Below, in pieces: positions 17,130 through 25,602 of a DNA stretch of 37,277 nucleotides (within the stretch, counting starts at the first letter, position 1; each line of letters begins with the position of its first letter). The stretch comes from a virus (taxonomy: Duplodnaviria; Caudoviricetes). The translations under genes and the position numbers were made by a program. Location of the stretch: positions 1 to 37,277 of IMG/VR virus record IMGVR_UViG_3300027896_000117; one strand, written 5' to 3'. The notes under the pieces were generated by a model. The model saw only the letters and a list, made by a program, of their open reading frames with translations, was not told the origin of the DNA and ran no database searches.

Positions 17130-18008
17130 TTATTTATCGGAAGTATGCTTCATTCCGTCAGAACTAAACGGCGGATCACCCTTTGTATCTTGCCACAATG
17201 CTCTGTTACTTAGAATTTCTACCCAGCAGTTTCGCTGAGGCTTATTTAAGTTCCAAAAGTCAAATTCGATATGACTTGAAATTGGGCGACAATACAAAGT
17301 ACGTTCACTGGGTATAATCATTTCCTGAGCGGTAGTTCTCATTTTCTTACGTTCGGTGCTTGTACGCATTACATTAAGCTGAGGGTTTTCAACATAAACT
17401 TGGCACATACCATTAACCATCTCTTTTGGATTTTCTGCCTCTAATACAATACCCTCTGCCTGTAACATTCTAGCTTCACTACTGATTCTACTCAAGGTTT
17501 GGGATTCATCATCTGGTGTTCTTTGATAGCCGGCCCATGGCAACCAGACACCGTGATTAGTTCTAGCTACAGTTTGGTCGTGATCTATTTTCTTACAGAC
17601 GTAATGATATTTGTTGTCTCTTTTACAAGCTTCCAGCAAAAACAAATTGTCTCTATCGTAGATGATAGTGTTGCCAGTCAATTCATTTTCAATTGCTTTT
17701 TTTGCGGCGTATACTGCATTTTCTTGCAACAGAGCATCTGAAATCTTTATACCATCAGGGCTATGCTTTGATGATCTTTTCGTAATTTCTTTTTCATCAT
17801 CGTGTACCATTAAGCTGGCACTAAGGATAGCGACACCGTTGCTGTTGAATCCTTCTTTGTATCCTGTCACAGAATCACAAAACAATAGTCGCTCAAGACC
17901 GTCTTCGTCAGTGACTTCAAATCCAATCTCAGGGGTATAGTTTCTATCGCGGTTTTTTACCCCGACCCATCCCTTACCATTGAAGTATTTTGCAATAATT
18001 ACACACAC
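17130..18008 (-). CDS. N-terminal-nucleophile (Cys) hydrolase-like protein
   Basis: Cys at position 2 (MCVIIAK), KNRDR, EGFNSNGVAI, ARTNH and S..R pattern of Ntn hydrolases. Confidence 0.7.
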   Translation of the reverse strand: MCVIIAKYFNGKGWVGVKNRDRNYTPEIGFEVTDEDGLERLLFCDSVTGYKEGFNSNGVAILSASLMVHDDEKEITKRSSKHSPDGIKISDALLQENAVYAAKKAIENELTGNTIIYDRDNLFLLEACKRDNKYHYVCKKIDHDQTVARTNHGVWLPWAGYQRTPDDESQTLSRISSEARMLQAEGIVLEAENPKEMVNGMCQVYVENPQLNVMRTSTERKKMRTTAQEMIIPSERTLYCRPISSHIEFDFWNLNKPQRNCWVEILSNRALWQDTKGDPPFSSDGMKHTSDK

Positions 18009-18012
18009 CCTG

Positions 18013-18564
18013 TTAGCTTCCTGACTGGTTAGTTGTAATGTCTCTCGCGTTTTCAGTTTCTAGAACAGAATTGGTATAACCGTCTAGTACGATGTCCAAA
18101 CCAGGAGGATTTTGACCTACCCAAGAAACCTGCGATGATATGAAATGTTCTAGCAAAACATTACCTATTACAAGAGGAGTAGCTAATATTTGTACGTTTC
18201 CACCGCTGATATTCATGTCATATCTAGCAACTGCATTGCCGAAAAATGTAGTACCGTACCCAGTGAATGTCACCATAGTACCATCGTTGCTTAATTGTGC
18301 AGAAAGTTGAATGTCTTGTGCGTCGGCTGTTGCAGGGTTACTAGAGCGGACATTGAACTGTCCCTGCGTAAATGTATTGGCAGCAGTTTGAAATATTACT
18401 TGGTTCGCAGTGTTACCGGTTGTAGTGGTGTTGCTAGTGTTTACGAATGTTGCAAACAGATTTGAGAAGTTATTGTTGACTTTGCCGAATGCAACACGTA
18501 ACGGATCGCCCTGTTGGTCATTAGGAGCAGCACCAATATTGATAATTTGTTGAGTAGCAGACAT
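18013..18564 (-). CDS. Baseplate/tail structural protein (gp9/gp10-like N-terminus)
   Basis: QIINIGAAPNDQQGDPLRVAFGKVNNNF motif; GATAAATA at 18594-18587. Confidence 0.75.
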   Translation of the reverse strand: MSATQQIINIGAAPNDQQGDPLRVAFGKVNNNFSNLFATFVNTSNTTTTGNTANQVIFQTAANTFTQGQFNVRSSNPATADAQDIQLSAQLSNDGTMVTFTGYGTTFFGNAVARYDMNISGGNVQILATPLVIGNVLLEHFISSQVSWVGQNPPGLDIVLDGYTNSVLETENARDITTNQSGS

Positions 18565-18603
18565 TGATATCTTCCGTATTATAGACTATTTATCTATGGA
18601 AGA

Positions 18604-18876
18604 TTATTTGCCAGTCTTGTTGTACAGGTCCTGCTGAGTCTTGTACCAATCATTCCATGCATCTACTTTGGATGAGCAATCGTGGTACTTGACATAGTTG
18701 TTAGTAACAGTGGTCATCATATCGCTTAGTTTTGGATCATCTTTCTTTAGAGTATCCAACTGAGGACATGGTTGACGCAATACATCTGGTGCATCGGGAA
18801 ACTTTACAGTGACTGGTATAGCGGTAGTACACGCAGATGCTAACAGCAGTAAAGGAAGTGCTAATAGCTTTTTCAC
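18604..18876 (-). CDS. Outer-membrane spanin (Rz1-like lipoprotein)
   Basis: Lipobox LLASA-C, Pro-rich FPDAP...PCPQL, NY..YHDC....W. Confidence 0.8.
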   Translation of the reverse strand: MKKLLALPLLLLASACTTAIPVTVKFPDAPDVLRQPCPQLDTLKKDDPKLSDMMTTVTNNYVKYHDCSSKVDAWNDWYKTQQDLYNKTGK

Positions 18877-19316
18877 TTTTTGTCTCCTGTTATCAACGCA
18901 GCTTGGTTGTGAAGATTGACTGCTTCCGGCGGAACTTTGCAGTCTTTATCTAGTATAGGTGCGTCCTGCTGAATCGTAGTAACAATAGTCTGACCCTTGT
19001 CATGTATGACTTGGGTTTTAGTGAGAATTTTTGTTACAATCTGCGTATTTACCTGAGCAGATTTTACTTCTGATTGGGCTAGTTTTGCCTTAAGCAATGC
19101 TGCTTCGGCATCAATTTTCTTTTGTTGTGCTTGTTCACCTGAAAAGTAGATAGCTACGCCAAGTGCGATTGACCCTAGAATACTAACAGGCAACTTAAAT
19201 AGTTTTGCGGAACGAACGAAGCCCATTGCAAACGCAGCAATGTGAAGACCCACACCCACTACTATGAGCATGTGTATCAACCATTTCAGCATGAGTCCGA
19301 ATAGAAATGAAAACAT
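18873..19316 (-). CDS. Inner-membrane spanin (Rz-like)
   Basis: N-terminal TM helices, coiled coil, C-terminal CKVPPEAVNLHNQA; overlaps lipoprotein gene. Confidence 0.75.
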   Translation of the reverse strand: MFSFLFGLMLKWLIHMLIVVGVGLHIAAFAMGFVRSAKLFKLPVSILGSIALGVAIYFSGEQAQQKKIDAEAALLKAKLAQSEVKSAQVNTQIVTKILTKTQVIHDKGQTIVTTIQQDAPILDKDCKVPPEAVNLHNQAALITGDKK

Positions 19317-19345
19317 AGCACATGTATTTATGCTATGTTTTCTTT

Positions 19346-19636
19346 TTATTGATGGTGCTTCAAGTAATTCTCTGCTACTAGGATCATCCCCTTAGCTTGT
19401 TCAACATTTGCGGGGATAGGAATGTGAGTACCTTCTTTAATCCTCTTATCATCTTCTATAAGAGGAGCAATATCGTTGTCAAAAATTTGTGCCATACTAC
19501 GCCACAGAGCCTTACGCTCATTTTCAGTCATACCAGACATGATAGAGTACATGCGATCATCCTCACTAATTACCAGACCATAGTCATGGCGAAAAGTCAT
19601 GCACATACTATCAATGATTTCTTCACGGGTTTTCAT
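19346..19636 (-). CDS. Hypothetical protein (start MKTREE)
   Basis: ATGA overlap with upstream gene; MCMTFRHDYGL motif. Confidence 0.7.
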   Translation of the reverse strand: MKTREEIIDSMCMTFRHDYGLVISEDDRMYSIMSGMTENERKALWRSMAQIFDNDIAPLIEDDKRIKEGTHIPIPANVEQAKGMILVAENYLKHHQ

Positions 19637-19881
19637 TCGTATTTCAACTTCCAATAAGTGTAAAGTTCAGGGGTGAGATAACCTCGGATACTATAACAAG
19701 TTCCATAGAATCCCGAGTCCATTAAATGATGCCAACTCGGTTTAGGATTGGAATGCTTCATCATCCATTGACCAGCTTCTGATTGTTCCCATTCATACAA
19801 TGGTTGAGCAGCATAGATATCAGGATCTTCGACATCACCTACACTAAAAGTGTGTGCTGTTACTACTACTGTTTCTGTCAC
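19633..19881 (-). CDS. Hypothetical protein, distant member of the W/F-x-L-K/R-W/Y C-terminal family
   Basis: Likely GTG start overlapping thyA stop; GDVEDPDIYAAQPL; ends YWKLKYE. Confidence 0.65.
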   Translation of the reverse strand: MTETVVVTAHTFSVGDVEDPDIYAAQPLYEWEQSEAGQWMMKHSNPKPSWHHLMDSGFYGTCYSIRGYLTPELYTYWKLKYE

Positions 19882-20708
19882 ACTGCCATTTCCGCTTTGA
19901 TTGTACCATGACACTTGTAATTGTCTAGGTCAATTGTTTCCATTGTAAAACTATCAATGTCCTTAATGTTTGGGTTCAGCCACAGTGTAGGAAGAGGATA
20001 TGGTTCACGAGACAACTGTTCCTTAACCTGCTCAACATGATTGCTGTAGATATGCGTATCGCCAGTGCTGATGATCAACTCACCTACCTCTAAATCACAT
20101 ACATGAGCAATCATTTGGGTAAGAAGTGCATAGCTTGCAATGTTGAATGGTAGACCTAAGAATACGTCAACGCTACGCTGATACATGTGGCAGCTTAACT
20201 TACCCTTGCTCACATAAAACTGACTCATTACATGGCACGGAGGCAATGCCATTTGATCAAGTTCGTCTACGTTCCATGCACTAATGATATGTCTGCGGCC
20301 AGTTGGATCATTCTTTAATCCATCAATCAACTTTGCGACTTGATCGACTCCACCCCAGTCTCTCCACTGAACACCGTATACTCGGCCCAAATCCCCGGAG
20401 AACTTTGCTCTAGGTTGCCAATAAGCTGCCTCAGCATTTCCTGTCCAGATTGTATTACGGCCTGAGTCTGGCCTTCCGTATAAAATTTCAGCAAGTCTTC
20501 TCTCATCATTACTCCCTTCTAAAAACCAAAGTAGTTCGCTGACAACAGCTTTCCATGCTAACTTTTTAGTTGTAACAGCAGGGAAACCCTGTGTCAAGTC
20601 AAATCGTAGCTGACGACCAAACACGCTGATAGTGCCCACACCAGTACGATCATTGCGCTCTTCGCCGTTATTTAATATGTCTTTTAATAGTTCATGATAC
20701 TGTTTCAT
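19878..20708 (-). CDS. thyA: Thymidylate synthase
   Basis: DRTGVGT, ELLWFL, YGVQWR, ALPPCH, YQRSVDVFLGLPFN, GDTHIYSNH. Confidence 0.97.
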   Translation of the reverse strand: MKQYHELLKDILNNGEERNDRTGVGTISVFGRQLRFDLTQGFPAVTTKKLAWKAVVSELLWFLEGSNDERRLAEILYGRPDSGRNTIWTGNAEAAYWQPRAKFSGDLGRVYGVQWRDWGGVDQVAKLIDGLKNDPTGRRHIISAWNVDELDQMALPPCHVMSQFYVSKGKLSCHMYQRSVDVFLGLPFNIASYALLTQMIAHVCDLEVGELIISTGDTHIYSNHVEQVKEQLSREPYPLPTLWLNPNIKDIDSFTMETIDLDNYKCHGTIKAEMAV

Positions 20709-20753
20709 AGACTATTATATAGCACTTTCTGTAGTCATTTTCAAATAAAAAGG

Positions 20754-20834
20754 TATAAATAAAAGTGTAGTTCGCGGAGGTGAGATTCCCAACTACTCTA
20801 ACACTGTTCGGAGTATCAGCAATGAATATTTATT
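20754..20834 (+). promoter_or_regulatory. Conserved structured element, copy 2, upstream of GIY-YIG gene
   Basis: TATAAATA 20754-20761; GTAGTT 20767-72 / AACTAC 20791-96 stem; CGCGGA..TTCCC; TCTAA; GGAG; ATCAGCAATG; homologous to 738-817. Confidence 0.75.
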
Positions 20835-21529
20835 ACCTAATGGTCAAGACCCACAATATCACCGGTCTAAAATACCTGTGCCAAACTAAGAAAAAAGACC
20901 CATACAAATACTTAGGATCAGGTAAATATTGGAAATTACATTTAAAAGAACACGGCAATGATATTAGTACCGAAATTCTAAAAGAATGCTACACCAAAGA
21001 TAATCTAATAATCTGGGGAAAATACTACAGCGATCTTTGGAATGTAACTGAAAGCAATGCCTGGGCAAACTTGAAACCTGAGACCGGCGATGGCGGTCCG
21101 CTATTCGGGGCAGCAAACGGAATGTTTGGTAAATCTAGACCTAGGCATATCATGGAAAAAGCATGGGAAGCATCCTCTAAAGCAATCAAGGGGAAAACAC
21201 TTGAAGATAGGTATGGTGTTGAAACGGCTGCTAGAATGCGGGAAATCCGAAGAATAAACACAGCTAATGCAATGCAAAATGATCCGGAGTGGGTAACCCG
21301 ATTGCTGAAATGTGCCAATTCTCCGGAAGCCATAGAGAAACGCAGCGGTAAAAATCATACCAGATATGACCACACTATATATACTTGGCATCATACAAAA
21401 ACTGATACAACTGTTCTGATGACTAGAAGTGAGTTCAGCAAGGCACATGAATTACCCAGTTCAAATATTTCAAACCTTATTAACGGAAAACACAAGCACT
21501 GCAAAGGTTGGTCAATAATCAAGACTTAA
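20822..21529 (+). CDS. GIY-YIG-family homing endonuclease (start revised to MNIYY)
   Basis: IYYLMVK...KYLCQT, YLGSG, WANLKPETGDGG, NGMFGK and terminal HTH-like SNISNLING...KGW; lies antisense between dfr and thyA. Confidence 0.82.
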   Translation: MNIYYLMVKTHNITGLKYLCQTKKKDPYKYLGSGKYWKLHLKEHGNDISTEILKECYTKDNLIIWGKYYSDLWNVTESNAWANLKPETGDGGPLFGAANGMFGKSRPRHIMEKAWEASSKAIKGKTLEDRYGVETAARMREIRRINTANAMQNDPEWVTRLLKCANSPEAIEKRSGKNHTRYDHTIYTWHHTKTDTTVLMTRSEFSKAHELPSSNISNLINGKHKHCKGWSIIKT

Positions 21530-21980
21530 TCTTCCAAATTTCGTACACATGATCTGGAAAAACTTCACTATAAACTTTAGTAAAATATTGCTCTAATCGG
21601 GTTAAATCAATGAACGCATCGCAAGTATAATGGTCATATACCTTGGTAAGATGGACCTCATCAATATACTTCCAACACGCATCAATGAGCTTTGCACCAC
21701 CTATTAACCAATATCGATCATCGGTTGTTGAGAAATCGGTGTTAGACGTTATTACGTTAGGGCATCCTTCTACGTTTGATACTGTAGAAGTTACTACCAC
21801 ATTAATTCTATTTGGCAAACATTTCTGCGATAGGCTATCCCAAGTGTTTCTGCCCATGACTACGATTTTACCTGTCGTCAAGCGCCTGAATCTTGGCAAA
21901 TCACCCTGGATTTTACTCCAGGGCAATCTGTTTTCATAACCAATACCGCCGTTTGGGTCACATGCGAGTATAAGGTTCAT
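21519..21980 (-). CDS. dfr: Dihydrofolate reductase
   Basis: IGYENRLPW, GDLPRF, VVMGRNTWDS, LPNRINVVVT, LIGGA. Confidence 0.95.
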   Translation of the reverse strand: MNLILACDPNGGIGYENRLPWSKIQGDLPRFRRLTTGKIVVMGRNTWDSLSQKCLPNRINVVVTSTVSNVEGCPNVITSNTDFSTTDDRYWLIGGAKLIDACWKYIDEVHLTKVYDHYTCDAFIDLTRLEQYFTKVYSEVFPDHVYEIWKIKS

Positions 21981-22273
21981 AATCCACTTAGTAATTTATC
22001 TGTTTCAGGTTGCACTACCTCTGCAATACTTTCTACGTTGAGGATAAATTCAATCCCCGTTACCATATCATCTAGATCAATAAGCTTTCGACTTATAAAT
22101 TCTTCTATTTGATCTGGTTCAAGTCCTTGGCTTAGCAACCGATGAATGTTGATAGTATGCTGTCTACGACCTTCGAGCCTTAAAATTAGCTTTTTAATGA
22201 ACTCTACTGGAATTTTCTGCTTATCAACGTCCTCTAGCAGTCGCTCCCATTTCTGAATGAACTCAGGCGACAT
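21977..22273 (-). CDS. Hypothetical protein
   Basis: 98-aa ORF overlapping dfr start. Confidence 0.75.
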   Translation of the reverse strand: MSPEFIQKWERLLEDVDKQKIPVEFIKKLILRLEGRRQHTINIHRLLSQGLEPDQIEEFISRKLIDLDDMVTGIEFILNVESIAEVVQPETDKLLSGL

Positions 22274-22286
22274 ATTTATATGCGCC

Positions 22287-22967
22287 TTATGCTACTACAG
22301 GGGTTTTCTTCGGACGACCGCGTGATTTCTTAGCAGGTACCGCAACAGATGCAGTAGGAGCAGCAACTGGATCCATAGCAGCAGCTTCGTTAAGAAGGCG
22401 CTGTGCTTCTGCTAGTAGTCCCTGTGCTTCACGGCTCATGCGTTCTGCTTGTGAGCGTAGATTGTTTGCAAGAGTGGAATCACCTAGTGCTTCATTTGAA
22501 GAAGCAGCAACTGGCTTAGATGAAGCATCTCCGCGCATTCTACGTGCAACTTCTGCTGGATCCTGAATACCACGCTGGCTATCAAGTTCTGCCATTCTCT
22601 TAACTGCGTCTTCGCCCATCTTCATTTCATCAAGAATCTTGTTGAGTTCATTCAACTTGATCTTGACATTTGGTGCTGGGGTCATTACGATATTTTCCGT
22701 GTTGACCTTCTTGAGCATACCTTCACTGTGAAGGCGCTGCAGGATGAAATGTCCATCCTTAGTGTACGAACGATTTAATGCGTCGGCAAGGTTTTCGCTG
22801 TTCTGACCGATATCGCTTTCGATGCACTTTACAAGTGGATCGTGAATATTCTGTCCGAGAATCTCAGTGTAAACTACCAAGCACATATGAGGCTCACCGG
22901 GAACTTCACGAAATACTACCGCTACCTTACGGTCTCCGTGCTTCCCCACATGTCTCAAAAAACTCAT
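22287..22967 (-). CDS. Hypothetical protein with coiled coil and AT-hook-like tail (start MSFLRH)
   Basis: TAAGGAG SD before ATG at 22967; ends KKSRGRPKK. Confidence 0.8.
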   Translation of the reverse strand: MSFLRHVGKHGDRKVAVVFREVPGEPHMCLVVYTEILGQNIHDPLVKCIESDIGQNSENLADALNRSYTKDGHFILQRLHSEGMLKKVNTENIVMTPAPNVKIKLNELNKILDEMKMGEDAVKRMAELDSQRGIQDPAEVARRMRGDASSKPVAASSNEALGDSTLANNLRSQAERMSREAQGLLAEAQRLLNEAAAMDPVAAPTASVAVPAKKSRGRPKKTPVVA

Positions 22968-23025
22968 ATTGTGTCTCCTTATTATGACTCTTGTATTTAA
23001 TAAGGATTTTGACATCTGAATATTT

Positions 23026-23274
23026 TTAAGACCAAGTGACCAGAAACCATGTCAACTGTTGTTCATTTTCAAACAGAAGACGGTCGAACATATGAGGCTT
23101 TCCGCAGTTGTTTTCTTCACACCACTTCAACATACGGTGATAATCCGGATTATCATATTCTATTCCAGTCATAGTGAAACAACCCGGATAGTATGCATTT
23201 GCATATTGCAACTGCAAGGGTTCTCCCTCTACGCTTCTGAATACAACCTTTGGGGTTTTATAGTGTTCAGTCAT
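23026..23274 (-). CDS. Small protein of the F-x-L-x-W-S family
   Basis: WCEEN...LLFENEQQLTWFLVTWS; ATGA coupling. Confidence 0.75.
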   Translation of the reverse strand: MTEHYKTPKVVFRSVEGEPLQLQYANAYYPGCFTMTGIEYDNPDYHRMLKWCEENNCGKPHMFDRLLFENEQQLTWFLVTWS

Positions 23275-23594
23275 GACCACCTCAAAAGGAACCAAGATTC
23301 CAACTCAGGATTCAGAACGTAGTGCAATGTATAGCCATTGTAACTCTCATTCTCGTGATTCCACATGTGAAGAGGCTGCGACTCGATCCAGTCCGAAATA
23401 CTTCCTACTTTGACAGTATACACGTTCCAACCAGTTGGACCATGCTTTCCGATTTTTGCCCAGGGTAGAACTAAAGACTCTAGTATTTCTTCGTCAATGG
23501 CTTTTTGCAATTCTTGTGCCATAATAACCGCAAGTTTCTCTAATTCTTTCTGAGAAAGCCGCGAAAGCTCAACGTTAGCTCCAAGTGAGTTCAT
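23271..23594 (-). CDS. Small protein of the F-x-L-x-W-S family (start uncertain)
   Basis: Ends LESWFLLRWS. Confidence 0.65.
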   Translation of the reverse strand: MNSLGANVELSRLSQKELEKLAVIMAQELQKAIDEEILESLVLPWAKIGKHGPTGWNVYTVKVGSISDWIESQPLHMWNHENESYNGYTLHYVLNPELESWFLLRWS

Positions 23595-23808
23595 AGAACA
23601 ATGCCTCTTTAGGGTCTTCAAATGCTGGGAACCTTCTACCGAACATATCATTTGAAACAAAGCCATATCTTCCGATAAGCTTTTCTCTTATCCATTCATC
23701 GGATTCTGGGGTGACGGGAGTTTTGACCTTTACAAAATGTGAAGGGACGCAAATCACTTCACGTTCCAGAAACCATTGATATAGATTGAGGTCAGTTATT
23801 TTCTTCAT
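23575..23808 (-). CDS. Small protein of the F-x-L-x-W-S family
   Basis: WIREKLIGRY...FEDPKEALFYELTWS. Confidence 0.75.
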   Translation of the reverse strand: MKKITDLNLYQWFLEREVICVPSHFVKVKTPVTPESDEWIREKLIGRYGFVSNDMFGRRFPAFEDPKEALFYELTWS

Positions 23809-24070
23809 GGTCTTTAATCAATAAGTACAGCGTTTCTAGCTTCTCTAGAGCATCACGGAGAGTTGGATTAGTCTCTGCAAGTCGAATGATACGCATCATT
23901 CGCTGAGAGCGTATAGCGAGTTCCTGTTGCTTAAGCACTTCTGGATCTTCCCAATAAAGTTCACGAGTTAGAGAATCAAAAGATCGCTTGTAAATTGTTT
24001 TGCCCCCGTCAGGTGATTCGAAAATCACCCGACGAGAAGCATCTACTTGCATTATTTCATTCTTAGCCAT
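23792..24070 (-). CDS. Hypothetical phage protein
   Basis: IFESPDGGKTIYKR motif; TAATG coupling to upstream gene. Confidence 0.75.
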   Translation of the reverse strand: MAKNEIMQVDASRRVIFESPDGGKTIYKRSFDSLTRELYWEDPEVLKQQELAIRSQRMMRIIRLAETNPTLRDALEKLETLYLLIKDHEENN

Positions 24071-25371
24071 TACTTGCGGTGATCGTCATAGATCGCCCAA
24101 GCACCGAAAGGGGGATTCGGATCGGGGTCGCCGTGAATGATCCAAGTAGTATCACAGTAGTCAGCATCACCCCATGAACCGAAGGGATAACCGTCAGTGA
24201 AAACGATCAGACGTTCGGGTACGATTGCTTCTTCCTTGAGAAAGTTGAAGATGCAATCAAAGTCAGTACCACCACCACCGTGAATTTGATATTCATCAAC
24301 AGTGTCGAGGTTCTCAGAAGTGAACTCCTGCAAGTTGTACACCCGAGTATCGAAGCAAGCGACACGAATGCGGAACCCGTCAAACGCTTCCATCATACCA
24401 GCGACTTCGCTCAGGAACGCCTGACCCTGCTTCATCGAAATAGAACCCGACATGTCGATCATCACAACAACGTCGATTTCTTCACCAGGATTCATACCGG
24501 GCATGACAGCATCCATGTGCCAACCGCGACGAGAAGGACGCATCCAGCTATAGTCAGACTTGATAGCAGAGGTCAGATTAGTCTGGAGCAGTTCGCGCCA
24601 GGGCATGACAGGATCAGTGAGTTGCTTGATCATGCGTTCAACGCCCTTCGGAATCGAACCAGCTTCGGCAGTCGAAGCAGCGTTCAGAATAGCCTGCTTG
24701 ACTTCCTGACGAATCTGCTCCTTCTCAGCCTCAGACAGTTGAGGACGACCCTTGCCCTTACGACCTTCGCCATCCTTACCATCTTCGCCTTCACCTTCGC
24801 TATCACCATCACCGTCGATGTGATCGTCCAGCATCTTGTCCAGAAGGTCTTGAACATTGATGTACTGAACGTTCTTCATGAGGTCATCATAGATAGCCTC
24901 AGCAGCCCAGTTTTCATACTTGGCTTCATACAAGCAAGGAACAGTAGTGATGAACTCACCGACCTTGTGACGCTTCAAGTCAGCGTTAACAGCGTAGTCA
25001 TCAGCGATGTTCCAGATTTCAGGATCACGATTGTCACGACGACCAAGATGATCGTACACAACGTGCAGCACCTCGTGACCAACGAGGAATTCGACTTCCT
25101 TCGTCTTGAGCATGTTGATGAAACGCGAGTTGTAATAGAAACGCTGACCGTCAGTTGCAGCAGTAGTCAGCCATTCGTCAGCATTGACAAGCGTGAGACG
25201 AGTAGCAAGATTGCCGAAGAACGAATGGCGAAGCAGAAGACCGATACGAGCAGTGACCAGACGTTCACGAGCAATGTGATCGACCTTCGGATCAGTCGGA
25301 CCCACAAGATTTTCGAACTTCTTGCTGCGCGAACGCTTCGACTTCTTAGGGGCAGTAGTATTGGTAGTCAT
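24070..25371 (-). CDS. HEXXH metallopeptidase-like + vWA domain protein (DUF2201-like)
   Basis: TAATDG, HEVLH, WNIADDYAVN; MIDAS DMSGS, GGGGTDF, FTDGY. Confidence 0.88.
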   Translation of the reverse strand: MTTNTTAPKKSKRSRSKKFENLVGPTDPKVDHIARERLVTARIGLLLRHSFFGNLATRLTLVNADEWLTTAATDGQRFYYNSRFINMLKTKEVEFLVGHEVLHVVYDHLGRRDNRDPEIWNIADDYAVNADLKRHKVGEFITTVPCLYEAKYENWAAEAIYDDLMKNVQYINVQDLLDKMLDDHIDGDGDSEGEGEDGKDGEGRKGKGRPQLSEAEKEQIRQEVKQAILNAASTAEAGSIPKGVERMIKQLTDPVMPWRELLQTNLTSAIKSDYSWMRPSRRGWHMDAVMPGMNPGEEIDVVVMIDMSGSISMKQGQAFLSEVAGMMEAFDGFRIRVACFDTRVYNLQEFTSENLDTVDEYQIHGGGGTDFDCIFNFLKEEAIVPERLIVFTDGYPFGSWGDADYCDTTWIIHGDPDPNPPFGAWAIYDDHRK

Positions 25372-25400
25372 CGTAGATGCCTTTCTTTGTTTGTGTAGCG

Positions 25401-25429
25401 ATCTTAGCGCGGGTTTGCGCTAATGTCAA
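25401..25429 (-). promoter_or_regulatory. Sigma70-type promoter
   Basis: TTGACA, 17 nt, TAAGAT within GCTAAGATC. Confidence 0.7.
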
Positions 25430-25430
25430 C

Positions 25431-25538
25431 TCAAAAAATGATTTTTTCTAAGGCCCATAAAATAAACTTTCCCAGAGCAGCACCCAAAAGGCCTCCGGAA
25501 ATGATGAGGGCAACAGTGATTAGTAGCGTCAGTAGCAT
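25431..25538 (-). CDS. Putative 35-aa membrane peptide (not in ORF track)
   Basis: Hand translation MLLTLLITVALIISGGLLGAALGKFILWALEKIIF; fills the gap between AAA and vWA genes. Confidence 0.5.
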   Translation of the reverse strand: MLLTLLITVALIISGGLLGAALGKFILWALEKIIF

Positions 25539-25550
25539 AATTAATATCCC

Positions 25551-25584
25551 AAAGAAAATGGGGAGGGCTGTCTAGACCCTCCCC
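25551..25584 (-). terminator. Intrinsic terminator after AAA gene
   Basis: GGGGAGGG-TCTAGACAG-CCCTCCCC then ATTTTCTTT. Confidence 0.85.
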
Positions 25585-25602
25585 TTAGGAGCTGCAACTG
25601 CC

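Noticed and set aside
19878-20708. Group I intron or intein in thyA, terminase or uvsX
   Set aside because: All three are contiguous and of ordinary length with motifs in order; the nucleases are free-standing
22271-22280. TATAAATA overlapping the ATG at 22273
   Set aside because: A transcript from it would start inside the ORF; may serve dfr but is unsupported
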